The notes beneath the pieces were generated by a model. It saw only the letters and a list, made by a program, of their open reading frames with translations. It was not told the origin of the DNA and did no database searches. The translations under genes and the position numbers were made by a program. Positions 39,501 through 51,402 of a DNA stretch of 64,000 nucleotides are shown here, one piece after another (the first letter of the stretch is position 1; the number at the start of each line of letters is the position of its first letter). The DNA is from Phoronis australis. Its lineage: Eukaryota > Animalia > Phoronida. The stretch lies in contig NMRA01000162.1 of NCBI GenBank assembly GCA_002633005.1, positions 99,335 through 163,334 on the forward strand, written 5' to 3'.

Positions 39501-41326
39501 CTTTGATACTACCATTTTAGTTAAAGACAGGTATCACTACATTTGACAACAACAGGTGGCACTGGTTATTGTTAATACAATGTTCTAATATTAATCCTTT
39601 TGGCTGTATACGCACTCTGTTTCAATTAATCTGTCTATTTACTAAATTTTTCACATTACCAAATTAATGGTATTCCATCCTCAAGTTCTTTATCATGGCT
39701 ACCTGCTGACGATATTTAGAGAAATGGTAGGCATTCACATCGATGCAAGAAGCGACTGAAAAACGAAAAAAAGGCTGACTTTGGCAATTTTTTGTCTGGT
39801 ATTTGTTACGTTTTATAATAATGCGATTCTGCTTGGCAAAACACCCAAACATTGAGGAAAATTCTGGAGAGTTACCAACTAGATATATGAACTAGTAACA
39901 AGGTATCAGAGAAACAAAATCAAGAATAAGATCGCTCAACCTCATTGGAATAAAAATGAAATAAACGAGATACTTTGAAGTGAAAAGTGGGCGAACTCTA
40001 AAAATGGGTCGCCACACCAGAGTTCTGCTCGAATGGAAAGTAAGGAATGTCTTGTGACTGTCTACTCGGTGATGATCAATTTTCCTTGATTGGGCCCAAT
40101 ACCCTATGCAGAAACTCAATTCCTGAAGCAGACCAACACAATCGGGTTCTTCCCCTTTTTCCCAAAAGATCCAGAATGCCGTCTACTTCCTGTACCTATT
40201 TTGAGTGCGTGCTCGAATGTAGCATGGTGACCTAGGATTTTACCAGGTTGCTGAACAAAATCTGAGATCGCACTGGTAACTTGAAGATCACGAAATACAC
40301 AGTACCCCCTGCACAATACTATCTTAATGTTCACAAATATGTAGTGTCCACTTTAACATGCTTTTTTACAATTATATCCATATCGTGTCAACTCTTGCCC
40401 ATTCCCAGACTAACTAAAAGTCTCAAATACATGTGACGACAGTATGAAATGTGTTAGCCAGATCCCCAAATTTGATTTTTGAGTACTGTTGAACACAAAC
40501 TAGACTTCAAGAACAATGATAACTTATTGTTGTTCTATATGCTTCGTTAAAAACTTCAGCAAAGCAATTAAGTTGAAACCAGTCTAATTCAAAGTTATAT
40601 TCCCAAATAATGTTTTTTTTTCAACACTTCATCAAATGCTTTTAAAAGCTTCAAGTTTCGAATTTCAGGTATGTCACAAACAAAATGGCCGGCTCACTTG
40701 ATCGACGTTGAACTTCACTTTATGAATTGCCAGTAAAACGAGTATACGTAAGAGTAAAATTTAGGAAACGTTTCTATTTTAGTGGTCAATGAAATTCTTT
40801 CTGTGTTTCAAACAGTGAAAATAAAGGAAGAGTTTTTTAACCAATGCCTTCCACGGTGTGACCCACCTCAGTTTCTGGTTTCGACCTTGGACGAGTACCA
40901 GTACATCACATGGGTATTGAGTAAGGTGAACAGAGTTTGTGCTTTTGGTAGACCTATATTCTGTATAATTTCCTTGGAAGAAAATAATGGTTAAAATTTG
41001 AGTTAATGGCTAAAACCAGAGAAATTGACACCCAGTTTACTGGTTGGGTAGATTACAGAATCACGCCTTACACAAATACAGATTGCACTGTTACATATTG
41101 GCATTCAAAAGAGTAGATTTTTTCACAATGTGCTGTTTACTTTATACCTCCTTCATCAGACAAGTTATTGCTTGCAGGTCTGGGGGGAAGTAGAATTGGT
41201 TTGTTTATTTGACTATGTTAAATGTTCAAGAAGTTGAGGAAACCATACACTCATGAATTGACAACTGTCTCTAAGTTTTTACAGATTCAATCTGGAAAAT
41301 TTGATCCACAATTACTGTTGGAGACA

Positions 41327-41488
41327 CCAGGACACACCACTGCGGAGGTTCTTAGGTTCTTGGTACCAGGACACATAACTGTGGAGGTTCTTAGGTTCTT
41401 GGTACCAGGACACATAACTGGAGGTTCTTAGGTTCTTGGTACCAGGACACATAACTTTGGAGGTTCTTAGGTTCTTCGTACCTGGACC
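41327..41488. repeat. 39-bp minisatellite, 4 copies plus a partial
   Basis: Unit CCAGGACACATAACTGTGGAGGTTCTTAGGTTCTTGGTA starting at 41327, 41366, 41405 (2-bp deletion) and 41442. Confidence 0.95.
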
Positions 41489-41559
41489 AAAGACCATGAT
41501 TATTTCTGATTTATAACACATAAAAATTTCGTTTTTAACTTGAACGTTAGCCATGTTAT

Positions 41560-42180
41560 ACGTCAAACTCTGGCAAATAGGCTGGAAATTGGAAGAGTCT
41601 GAGGTAGGAATTGATGAGGACCAGGACAGGAACAACAATACAATGCGATCTGAAAAACTTGAAAAAACGTGGTTGTGAACTGTGAAATTCATATGGTTGA
41701 ACAAGGACGTGACATTCCCACCTCTTTACTACCTCCTAACAGACATGCAGTGACATAATGCACAAAGAGGAGGATGTAACATAAATTGGCTTCTTTGATA
41801 TGGTACTAGTGGTTTGTGGTCTGTCTCCACAAACGCTTTCCAACTATAAACGTGTTGGTGGAATCGTTTGCATCCAAACAATATTGCAAGAATTTCCTTT
41901 TCAAGTTGCGCGTAGTTGATTTCGGCTGGTGTAAGTGCCATTGACACATACGCAACTGGTTTTGCTTCCAGTAAAAAGGTCGCACCTCAACTGAATTTTG
42001 AGGCATCAACCTGTAGAGTGCGAGTCTTCTTTGATCAAAAAATGCAAGCAAGGGTGTTTAGTGATCAGTTGCTTAGCCTCATCCTCCTCAAAGACAATTA
42101 CATCACATCATCCAGATACCAGCACTGAGCACATATTGAAAGATGGACTGGTACTAACATTTGTAACTGAGGGGTGTAAA
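41560..42180 (-). mobile_element. Degenerate Ty3/Gypsy LTR-retrotransposon pol fragment (RT connection / RNase H)
   Basis: Frameshifted pieces: LAFFD, TLQVDAS, ALTPAEINYAQLEKEILAILFGCKRFHQHVY...VETDHKPL, QPYEF, AYLPE. These are standard Gypsy RNase H motifs. Confidence 0.88.
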
Positions 42181-45100
42181 CTGTGATTATATCTACCTAA
42201 AGTGCTTATGTTTGAGTTGGAAAGATTTAAACTACATAGACAGCCTTTAAAGGCATCCCTCTGTATACAAAAGGTACTTAAGTGACAGAGACTTGTAAGG
42301 TTAATCCGAGTTGAGCTGTTCTTCCCTGAACAGGGTAGCGAATAGAAATGCCCCACTTTGGGACTGTCTCTAAAATTTTGGACACCAAAGCAATTTTCAT
42401 GAGTATGAAGACTATAAAGTGGGTGATTTTGCTGTTCCATCATACTTCGGAAAATAAACTTGTCAGTTCATAAGATCATTGAAAACATCCACCAGTGTAA
42501 CATTTGTGTGCATATGTAACTTTTACATGAATGACCACTAATCGTTGATCTAAATTTATTGAATTTGGGAAGTCCAATAGTTCCTATTTCTAAAGTTTGG
42601 TGCAAGCTCCAACCTTGAGCAAAGAAATAAACTATTCACTGTCCCTATAGGGAAAATTTTTACAGTTATACAAGTGGTTGGAAATAGAACACATGTGGAT
42701 TTCCCAACTGAGCTGGTGATATGGGACAAAACCACCATCGCGTTGCTTACCAGTAACTATGCCTATGGTCTATAGCACTGCCCCTGGTAAACCAGCATGT
42801 GGCCTTACAAACTTCAGTAGCAGCTTAGCACCAAAATGTTAAACAAGATGGGACTAAACTCCACCATCCTTCTTAGCATGCAAAAGTTCAACTGCCTTTT
42901 AGGTTGCACCTGAATTTAAGAACTAGCCAATCACAACGCGTTATTCAGTGGATGAAACTGGTTCTCAAAATCATGGGCTGACAAAGGGATTATTGAGATG
43001 GTCAACTTGATAGCTTGGACTAGGAGAATTGTCTATGAGTAGACAAGGGACAATGATATGCCAACCTGAAGTTGAGAATGGAACAAGAGTGAACATTTTA
43101 TGTGAGCAAGATTTCGTACTCAAAAGCTCAAATCTGTGACTACTATGTCCCTGCTTGCTAGTACTTAGTCTCTACTACAAACTTTTACAATATGAAACCT
43201 AACTTGTAATCACAAGCAAGTTACTTAAAAACAACACACAGACAAACAGTGCAAAAGCATACAAACCCTTTTGATGGAAAACAACAAGCAATAAAGAACT
43301 GACTCAGTTGATGACGTTGTCTTATAACGAGATAAATTAACGCCCTGGCTGAACTTTAGTGAATTAATCACCGCTTCCGCATTTTCAATAACTAAACTAA
43401 CTGTGTACTTGACTCGGCGACTATGAATAAGATAACACTTAGTGTGGAACACAGAAAAACTGATTCAAGACAATTATACGAAGACTTGTACCCAAGTGAC
43501 ATTGCGATTAAATAAAAGCAAATGAAAATATGCGGAATGAATTCTTAGGAGAACCGTAATCAACCCAATCTGACACCGTATGAAAATAGATCAAGGTTCC
43601 TTTTCCGGTTCAAAATATTGAGTGATTATTCATACTACAAACCTTTTATCACTCTTGTTTATGTGTGAATGGCTACCTCTAGTAAAGTGGTGATAAAGTG
43701 GCTTCCAAAACACCAAGAAATTGTAAAGATCCTGTCATTAATAGGTCGAAAAACAGTAACCTGTACACATCAAACCGTTACCGAAAGCAGCCTCCTCAAA
43801 GATGGCGTCCAACAAAGTAATCCCTAAATTTTGTTATATAAAATATCATTTTCTTCAAGCAATTAAAGTTTTAGAAGCTCATTAAGAATTAATATAAATT
43901 TCTATATTTTTTTAGCAGTTGCTTGTTATAAAATTAACAATTATTAAAAATAACGCACACGAATACAAAAGTGAAATTATCTGGCGGTGAATTGTCCGGT
44001 TTGCTCTCGAGTTAATAGATGGCGCGCTTTCGAAAACCCGGAGGACCGTCGGTGCCGGTTGAGCTACGCCGTAACTTGGAATTGAATAATCAGGTGAAGG
44101 TTTATTTATCTAATTACAGATTAAACGGTCACTCATTTTCTCCTTTACCTGAGATTGTGTAAAAATATTCGAAGAAATATATGAATGATTGATCAATTAT
44201 TGCTTGGTGAATAAATGATTGTCACGGTATTCCTTGAGGGCCGCCGGGGTAGTCGGTGACGGAGGGAGCCTACTAAGTTTTGGACCGGTGTCCAACTCAC
44301 ACTGTTGTAGGCTTTTGTTATTTTTTCCTCAGGTATGTTCACTTCAGCATTTATTTATTTATCAGTTGATTTGTCGTCTTCATCGTACAGCCCTTTTCAG
44401 CTCATTTTCACCCATAGCTAGTTTCTTCCACATAGTCTCCGAGTCATTCCTCCTCCATGTATAATTATTCATAGTTTATTAAGTTATTTATTCGTAATAT
44501 TTTCTTTATTTTTTTTGTAATTTGTGTATGGACCACCACGTAAATATATTATTGACTTTTTGGTTTTTCTAGCTAATGTACATATTAATTATTTTTTAAA
44601 TTTCTTATTTTGTATCTGTATCAGTACTTGGTGTTCACAAAACAGGGTTATCTGTTATGAATGCTTTTTTATGCAATGAACAACAGGATCACAATTCCTT
44701 TTGGGCGAAATCATAGAGGCATAAAGTACTTTGCTGGAGGCTGGAGCAATTTCATTGCTGAAAAAGACCGCAGACGCTTACATCCGATTTTGTCTTTTTT
44801 GTTATACTTTCATGGGCGAGGTCACTTTTGATAAGGCTTCGTAACATCAAGTCAAAAAGAAGACCTGGACGCCGTTACTTTGAAGTAAATCGACGACCAT
44901 TTTATGACTGCGCTCACCTAGGACTCATTTAATTACTACCTCCAACCACACATTATTGAGTTTTACACCAAATAAACGAGAATTTCTTAATCTTAAAGAA
45001 AAAATGGTTATTTCCAAGTTTTCCACAAATGATGTCATGATGGATGGAAGACGTTTGACTGGTTTCTTTTGTTTGAGGATTAAGAAAAAGAGGCAGTATC

Positions 45101-47737
45101 TGCCAAAATGCGGCGAATGTACAATTCATTGCTCTGAACGCACACCGTAAATCTTAGTAAAAGGTCCACATTCTTAAAAATTCGAGCCCCATTTTTGGGC
45201 GCATGTGATATATTCCAACTTTTTTGTGTAACTGGCCTGAGCAACTTAATGAAGAGACTTGACTTGTGTACCACCCCTTCATGAGAGTGCTACGGTTAAG
45301 TAGGACCTTAGAAACTAATACCATAATTTGTCAAATTTCGAAATATCATTGTCTTAAAAATGGCTGATCAGATACATATCAGTATGAAACCCATTTTTGT
45401 TTTTAAAATGCTTCGATTTTGCATGAAGGGCTATTAAAATCGGACATTTGTGATTTTTATAAAAAAATTAAATCTCGCACAAATCGAAAATAAAATGTTT
45501 ATTCAACCGTAACAGCATTTTTGAGTTTCATCTTGATCATTAATATCAAAGGAAATTTTGTCATGTTGTTCATTGTTCTTTTGCTACCGATGTACATCTG
45601 ACATGGTCACATGACCCAATTAACTACATGGTGTGAAAAAGCCAAAAACCATATTCTGTACTAGGCTTTCCACTTTCAGAGTTGAATCGACAAATTTGAA
45701 GATATTTGGCGAACACAGAACTGTCAATAACTTGATGTTAACCCAGCGTTAAAAACATGAAAGCGATGCAAAGCCGGTAACGATGCCTTCGACGTGATTT
45801 TGGATAGCCAAGTGGAAACAAAGTAATTACCTTGGCAACAAACTCAGCGGATTTGCTTCAAAAAATCAAGAAATTTATGGGTTTTTACAAGTTTGTCAAA
45901 GATTTCTCTGTTGTGGCTTTCTGAAAACAGAAGAATGATTACCCCAACAGCTTGGAGTTTTAATATTTTTAGTATCTATTCAGAGGTATGTATTTTGATC
46001 AGTAACCATACATCCATCTAGCTGCATATTGTGGAGTTTTTATCCAATATATTCATTATCATAATATGTGCACTTCATCACCAGAGAGCAGCGGCATCCT
46101 TTCCTCAGTCACAAGTTGCGGCAACCAACTGCCTAGTCGTCACCGTTTTCAAAGACGGAGTCGAACCTCCCTGACCTTGTCGTTCCTGCGAGCGTACATG
46201 TAGAAGTATCAAATCCAATCCGTACTACGACAGTTGATTAATTATTTTTTTTTCAGGTATACTTGATTTTTATAAGGCTCGGCTGGCTAAAGAGCTACTA
46301 GCCCGAACTTCGGAAGGGTCCCGTCTAATTATATTCATTGATCTCGGTCGATACGCGAAATAATGTCTCGTGGGATACTATTTCATCTACGCTTCTCCCG
46401 GTACGTGGCATGTATACATTCTACAAAGTTGGGTTTCACATCGAACCTGTTTATCATATGGTCTAAACTAACACAAAATCACCATCAGAGGTACTCATAT
46501 CTCTAACAAATCTTTAGCCTTTTACAAACCAAGACTTGTAGAAAAACGCTTTTGCCTCCGATCCCTGCTACTAAACCACTATTGTTGATTCAAAAGGTCT
46601 TCTTTGCTTACAACGATTATTTTCTCATAAAAAGTTGTCATACTTCCAAATAAGTCACGACAATAGGAATTATCGATAAGAGTCGATTTCAACTTCTCCA
46701 AATGAACTAAAATTCTTTGAAGTTACCATATTGGTAGTTTGTAGACACAAAAGAAAATCATTCCCATATGCAGACGGTAAAACCTACGAAAACAATCGTC
46801 ATGTGTGCTTTGCCTTTACAGTGCTGTAGTAGTGGAGCGTAAGCGTACGTAGGCGCAGCCAACCACCTTTTGGCATTTAAACGTAACACTTATGCGCCGT
46901 AAGTTACGTTATAGAGCGAATTCTGTGCACTGAGTGCTCAAGTTGATACGATGGGCACTGGGCGCCTACTTACCTCTAATTTTACTACAGCACTGCATGT
47001 AGTTTGAATGAATACAGTACATGCATACATCTTATCACTGTCGGGACCAATGAGAAAATGACCGAGCCTATAATCCGATTGACGGTTTATCCCTACCAAC
47101 TTCGGAGAAGTGTTTAACTCATGCATGGCCGCGCTAAGCACATTCCTCAAAGGCTTGAGTACATGAGGTGAATTAACGCCATTTTCACCTCGTTGAAAAA
47201 AGCGTGATGTCTGCCACAACTCCCAGTGTAACCAAAACACACTCAGACTGATTGTTAGGTCGCAACCACAACAGAGCATCGTAGGCCTACTGTACGGTTT
47301 ATACAAACAGAATGTAAATCCTGTCTTACTCTGGAGCAAAATAGGGACGAATGGACTGAAAGACAGCTTAGACCCGGGACGACTTAGGGACAACTAATTA
47401 TTTGCATGTACTTAAATTGCGGTAATTCTATTATGTCGGTCCATGGAAGATTATCCAAGGTATGATTATTGGCTTATACATATATTGCATTCAGTCATCT
47501 ATGGAATGCCGAAATTGGACAGGACGAAACAGTGACGCAACCCGTGCCTGTAAATCGCAAAGGTGACTTAAGTGCATGTTTGTTTACTAAAGTCACCAGT
47601 TTACTTTTTTAAAATTTATATGAGCACAGCCCTGAAAATCCAGCTTTCGCATTATACCCAGGTTTACATTCACCTCATTTCATAATTCACTAGTAAGACA
47701 GCGGACTAGGAGACACCTTAATGCTCGATCGTCTATC

Positions 47738-47797
47738 ACTAGGATTCGAACCCAGGTTTCCGAACGGGAGTCCTGTGCTCAAACCTCTGAGACACAT
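47738..47797 (-). mobile_element. tRNA-derived SINE head (degenerate)
   Basis: Minus-strand B box GGTTCGAATCC (47752-47742) with A-box-like TGTCTCAGAGG ~35 nt upstream; no complete cloverleaf. Confidence 0.5.
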
Positions 47798-49648
47798 TGT
47801 CTTCTAAAAACAATAAGAACAGAATTCTATTTGCGTTACTAACAACATCGACCCAAAAAGCGCTTTGAGAGTTCAGAGTTGTTGGCCGCATTCGGAAACG
47901 ATTCAAGATCGGATGACCGCGGCGATGTACTTAAGTTAAGAATTCAGCAGCGAAATGCTTCATCGCAAAATTATCTCGATCGAGACCACTATGAAAATGG
48001 TCTCTAAGTGTCCCTTAGTTATGGAAGAAATTTCAAGGCTTCGAAGAAAGTGGAAGTTCGTAATTAATGGAGACCATGGTCTACAGTCATGGCGTGACTT
48101 TTTATGAGCCAATCATGGCCTCAAAGAATAACAACTCCCCGTTCTTTGCAAACCAAGAAATCTCTGCCCATCTGAGCAACGGGAGGCCAATATTACAGCG
48201 GTAAGTGGTTCGAATAAGAAAATCACATCTTGGACGCAACGGGGGTACACGTATCGACGCTTCAATCATCCAATGCTTTCCGGCAACGCCTCTAATTTCG
48301 CTTATTTAGGAATAAGACCCTGAACAAGGTTGAGTTCTTCAGACGCAAGAAAAATCTCGCGACCGAAACTAGTACGACAACGTGTCTCACTTGCACTACA
48401 TGTTGATATCTAGACATCAATGGAGTGATCACGCGAGCTTTACGCGTCTGGTCTGCTGCTTGTAACGCAACGTCACATACAAGGGTTCTGGATTACCAGT
48501 TTGATTCCTGTTATTTATTGGACAAAATCGATTATAAAAATGCCGGGTCTCCTGTTAGTGACTATTATTGCATAATTATTATCTCAGTCTTCCTAAAACC
48601 AGGCTTGGTATGACCAACAACAAAAAAGAGGGAAAACTTCCCAAATAGGTTTGTGTGATAAATATTGGTTGTACAATTTAAATGAAATAGACATGAATAG
48701 GAGGGAACTGGAAATCAAATATTAGAGAAAATGGAAACCAAAAAGAGGAAACCATCTTAAGGGATAAAAATTCCAAGCCCTGCAACCCCACCGAACAGTT
48801 GCTGCAAAATCTCAAGATCAGATCACAGGTTTCCACAATTCAGGAGAATCAGCAAGTTTTCACCTAAAAAAATAAGCTGAAAACCTGTGATCCCAAATAT
48901 AACGCTTGCCAACTCTGTGAATATTTACCTCATGACCAAGGCTTCAAGAATTATTATAAACTATGTTAAATTGTTTACCAATATACGAGGTCACTAATAC
49001 ACCATTGCAGATCATCCAATGAACTGTTCATCATAAAAACCAAAGAGGGGGGAATTAACACATCTTTAAACAAATATTTTAAATGTCAAAGACACTAGGA
49101 TAGTAGTGAACAGATTTATTAGCAAGACAATACAAATAAAAATTGCACTCAGGATTTAATAAAAAAAACGGTACAAAATTGTTCAGGGTAAAAAGTTCAG
49201 AAAAATTGTGAAAGCTAAATGCAGAACAGCAAGAACAAAAATACAACATAGATGAATGACTTAAATGTTACTGTGTAGTTGTCAAACTCGACAAACGTAA
49301 GCAGAAGTAAGACTACAAGAAAGGTGGTTGTATATATAGCAAATTTCTCCCACAAAACAGTCATACCTTAGAGCCATCGCTTACAAGTCAGAACATTTAG
49401 AAGCATGCTCAGAAAATCTACCTAAAAGCATGCTGGGTATTCAAGAGTATAAACACGGTATATGTACATTCACTACAACGACACATTTTACAGAAGCCTC
49501 ACATTTTAACTACTGGTAAACTGGACAAAGTAAACGCACTATTTCCTAATCAATAATAAAAATGAAGACCAGACTGATGTTACATTAAAGTTTACAAGTA
49601 TTTTGCCATGTTGGACACCACTGTTGGTAGACAGAAGATTCAGTATTG

Positions 49649-49838
49649 TGGAACCAACTCCTATACCATTACAACTCATGTGAGACAATTTGGTATTCAC
49701 AGTACAGTTATGGAATCAACCCCTATACCATTACAATTCATGTGAGACAATTTGGTATTCACAGTACAGTTATGGAATCAACCCCTATACCATTACAACT
49801 CATGTGAAACAATTTGGTATTCACAGTACATTTATGGG
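49649..49838. repeat. 62-bp minisatellite, ~3 copies, downstream of the G-gamma stop codon
   Basis: Unit CCTATACCATTACAACTCATGTGAGACAATTTGGTATTCACAGTACAGTTATGGAATCAACC recurring every 62 nt. Confidence 0.92.
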
Positions 49839-50325
49839 AACAAAACTAAGAACTAAATCACTCAATCAACAACTGTTGTACTACGTTAAGAAATAAATAA
49901 ATAAATTGTATGAATTTCACATTGTTCCATAGATCCAAATTTGCTCAGATCTCTTGCTTTTTCTGTAATTTCCTAGTTCTTCACTGCAAAGAATTCTTGG
50001 AAAGTCCTGGAAAGAGACAGAGCAAATTAAATCTTTGAAAAAAAATCCTAAATGTTTTCTACTTCGATAGAAAATAGTGAAAATGAATGCCAGTAAGAGA
50101 AATTCAGCACACTTGCCAAGATGAACCATTCAAAATTATTTTTAAGTATCTCTGACAACTAGATGGACAATCTCAGGAGTTTCTTTAGGTTACAACCATA
50201 TGAAATCTATCATTTGTCCCAAGAACAAGAAAATCTATATATTTCCATTGCAGAATTTCAATTCAGTCAGAGGTGATGTTTATTACATCAGCCAACTGGC
50301 TTGTGTTGAACAAGAACATACCGCA

Positions 50326-51226
50326 TTAAAGTATGCTGCAAGACTTAGTATCCCTGAATGGGTTCTCTGACTGGTTGATACCATTGACCAAGACATCTGC
50401 TGCTTGTAGTTTGTTGGTAAATGCGACAAGACTGGAAATAAGATAATAAATATAAAGAAGTTTTACAACTAGTGCTGTTTGCAAACATGTGAATGCAAAG
50501 GAAATAGATAAAAAAGCTTTTTAGTTTCTCTATAAAATGTTTCAAAATTAGGTGCACGTTTCAACATTAAGATGTAGGGAAAACTGCACAACAAGCACAT
50601 AACATATAAATATAGAACTAAGAATGCTTTCTCCTGATAGCATTTACAGTGTCCTGCACCAGGAAAAAGAACAATTGTTCATGGTTTGTTGAATCCGTGT
50701 TTTGCATAAATTTATTGAAATGGGTGGCTGAAGTGAAGCACCCGTGAAATTCCAAGGACTTCCTGAGTGTCATACCTTTTAGTACATATATAGAGTATAG
50801 GGACTATCAGAAGCTAATGACGCTTGTGGAGAAGGCTTGCTTTTCAGCGAAGTCCTAGCATTCTTGAAGTGAATTATTCTACCCGGTTACGCCGCCCCAA
50901 TCTAAGACAAGTCATTACGACTGCAGAGAAGGCAGTTCCATTCCAATTTTATACATACTGTATTATTGAACATTGTGCGGATGTATGTTCCAAACAGATC
51001 GAGATAAATTCCCTTGACGACGAGAGGCCGTGCCTTTCAATTTCATCACTCGACGAAATCGTTCAACCAGGCAACGAGTCGAATGACAGACGAGTTTCGA
51101 GTGTCAGAAATCAACGAAGCGAAATACTCACTCTGCAACAGCTTGCGATACAGGGATTATCGGCAAACTAGCCTCCATTCTGAGCTGGGCAACTTGTTTT
51201 TGAAGGACTTGCACTTGAGTCGCCAT
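50326..51226 (-). CDS. GNG: Heterotrimeric G-protein gamma subunit, 66 aa
   Basis: Exons 51132-51226 (ends GA|GTGAGT) and 50326-50431 (TTTCCAG|), phase 2. Translation: MATQVQVLQKQVAQLRMEASLPIIPVSQAVADLVAFTNKLQAADVLVNGINQSENPFRDTKSCSIL. It has the GGL-domain pattern (V.QLR.E, VS.A..DL, NPF) and the CAAX box CSIL. Subfamily not assignable. Confidence 0.92.
50660..50829 (+). repeat. Dispersed copy of the same fold-back element arm, inside the G-gamma intron
   Basis: CAGGAAAAAGAACAATTG...GGCTGAAGTGAAGCACCCGTG...GAGTGTCATACCTT...ATCAGAAG matches 4085-4256. Confidence 0.75.
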
Positions 51227-51402
51227 TTAATCGCTGTGAGACAATCAAATTTTACGAATACTTGACAAAAAAGCGACACCCAAGATTTTCTTTGTTCACG
51301 CACTTTCTCGCGATATGACGTTGTCCATAAGTAACGCCAGGTGTCTCTGATACATCGTCTGGTTACTTCCGGATTGAAGGCAAGTGGTGAAAGCTGTTGC
51401 AA
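51227..51402. promoter_or_regulatory. 176-bp interval between the divergent G-gamma and TRMT12 start codons, with an ETS-type motif
   Basis: ATGs at 51226 (-) and 51403 (+); ACTTCCGG near 51365-51372; CpG-richer than the flanks. Confidence 0.55.

Noticed and set aside
41327-41488. Regular repeats considered as a CRISPR array (also 49649-49838)
   Set aside because: No unique spacers, no cas genes, eukaryotic context; these are plain minisatellites.
46157-46200. B-box-like GGTTCGACTCC (minus strand), and GGTTCGATT near 58497 (plus strand), considered as tRNA genes
   Set aside because: No acceptor stem or cloverleaf; at most degenerate SINE heads.
46938-47393. 151-aa minus-strand ORF
   Set aside because: Non-ATG start, atypical composition, no homology or splice support.
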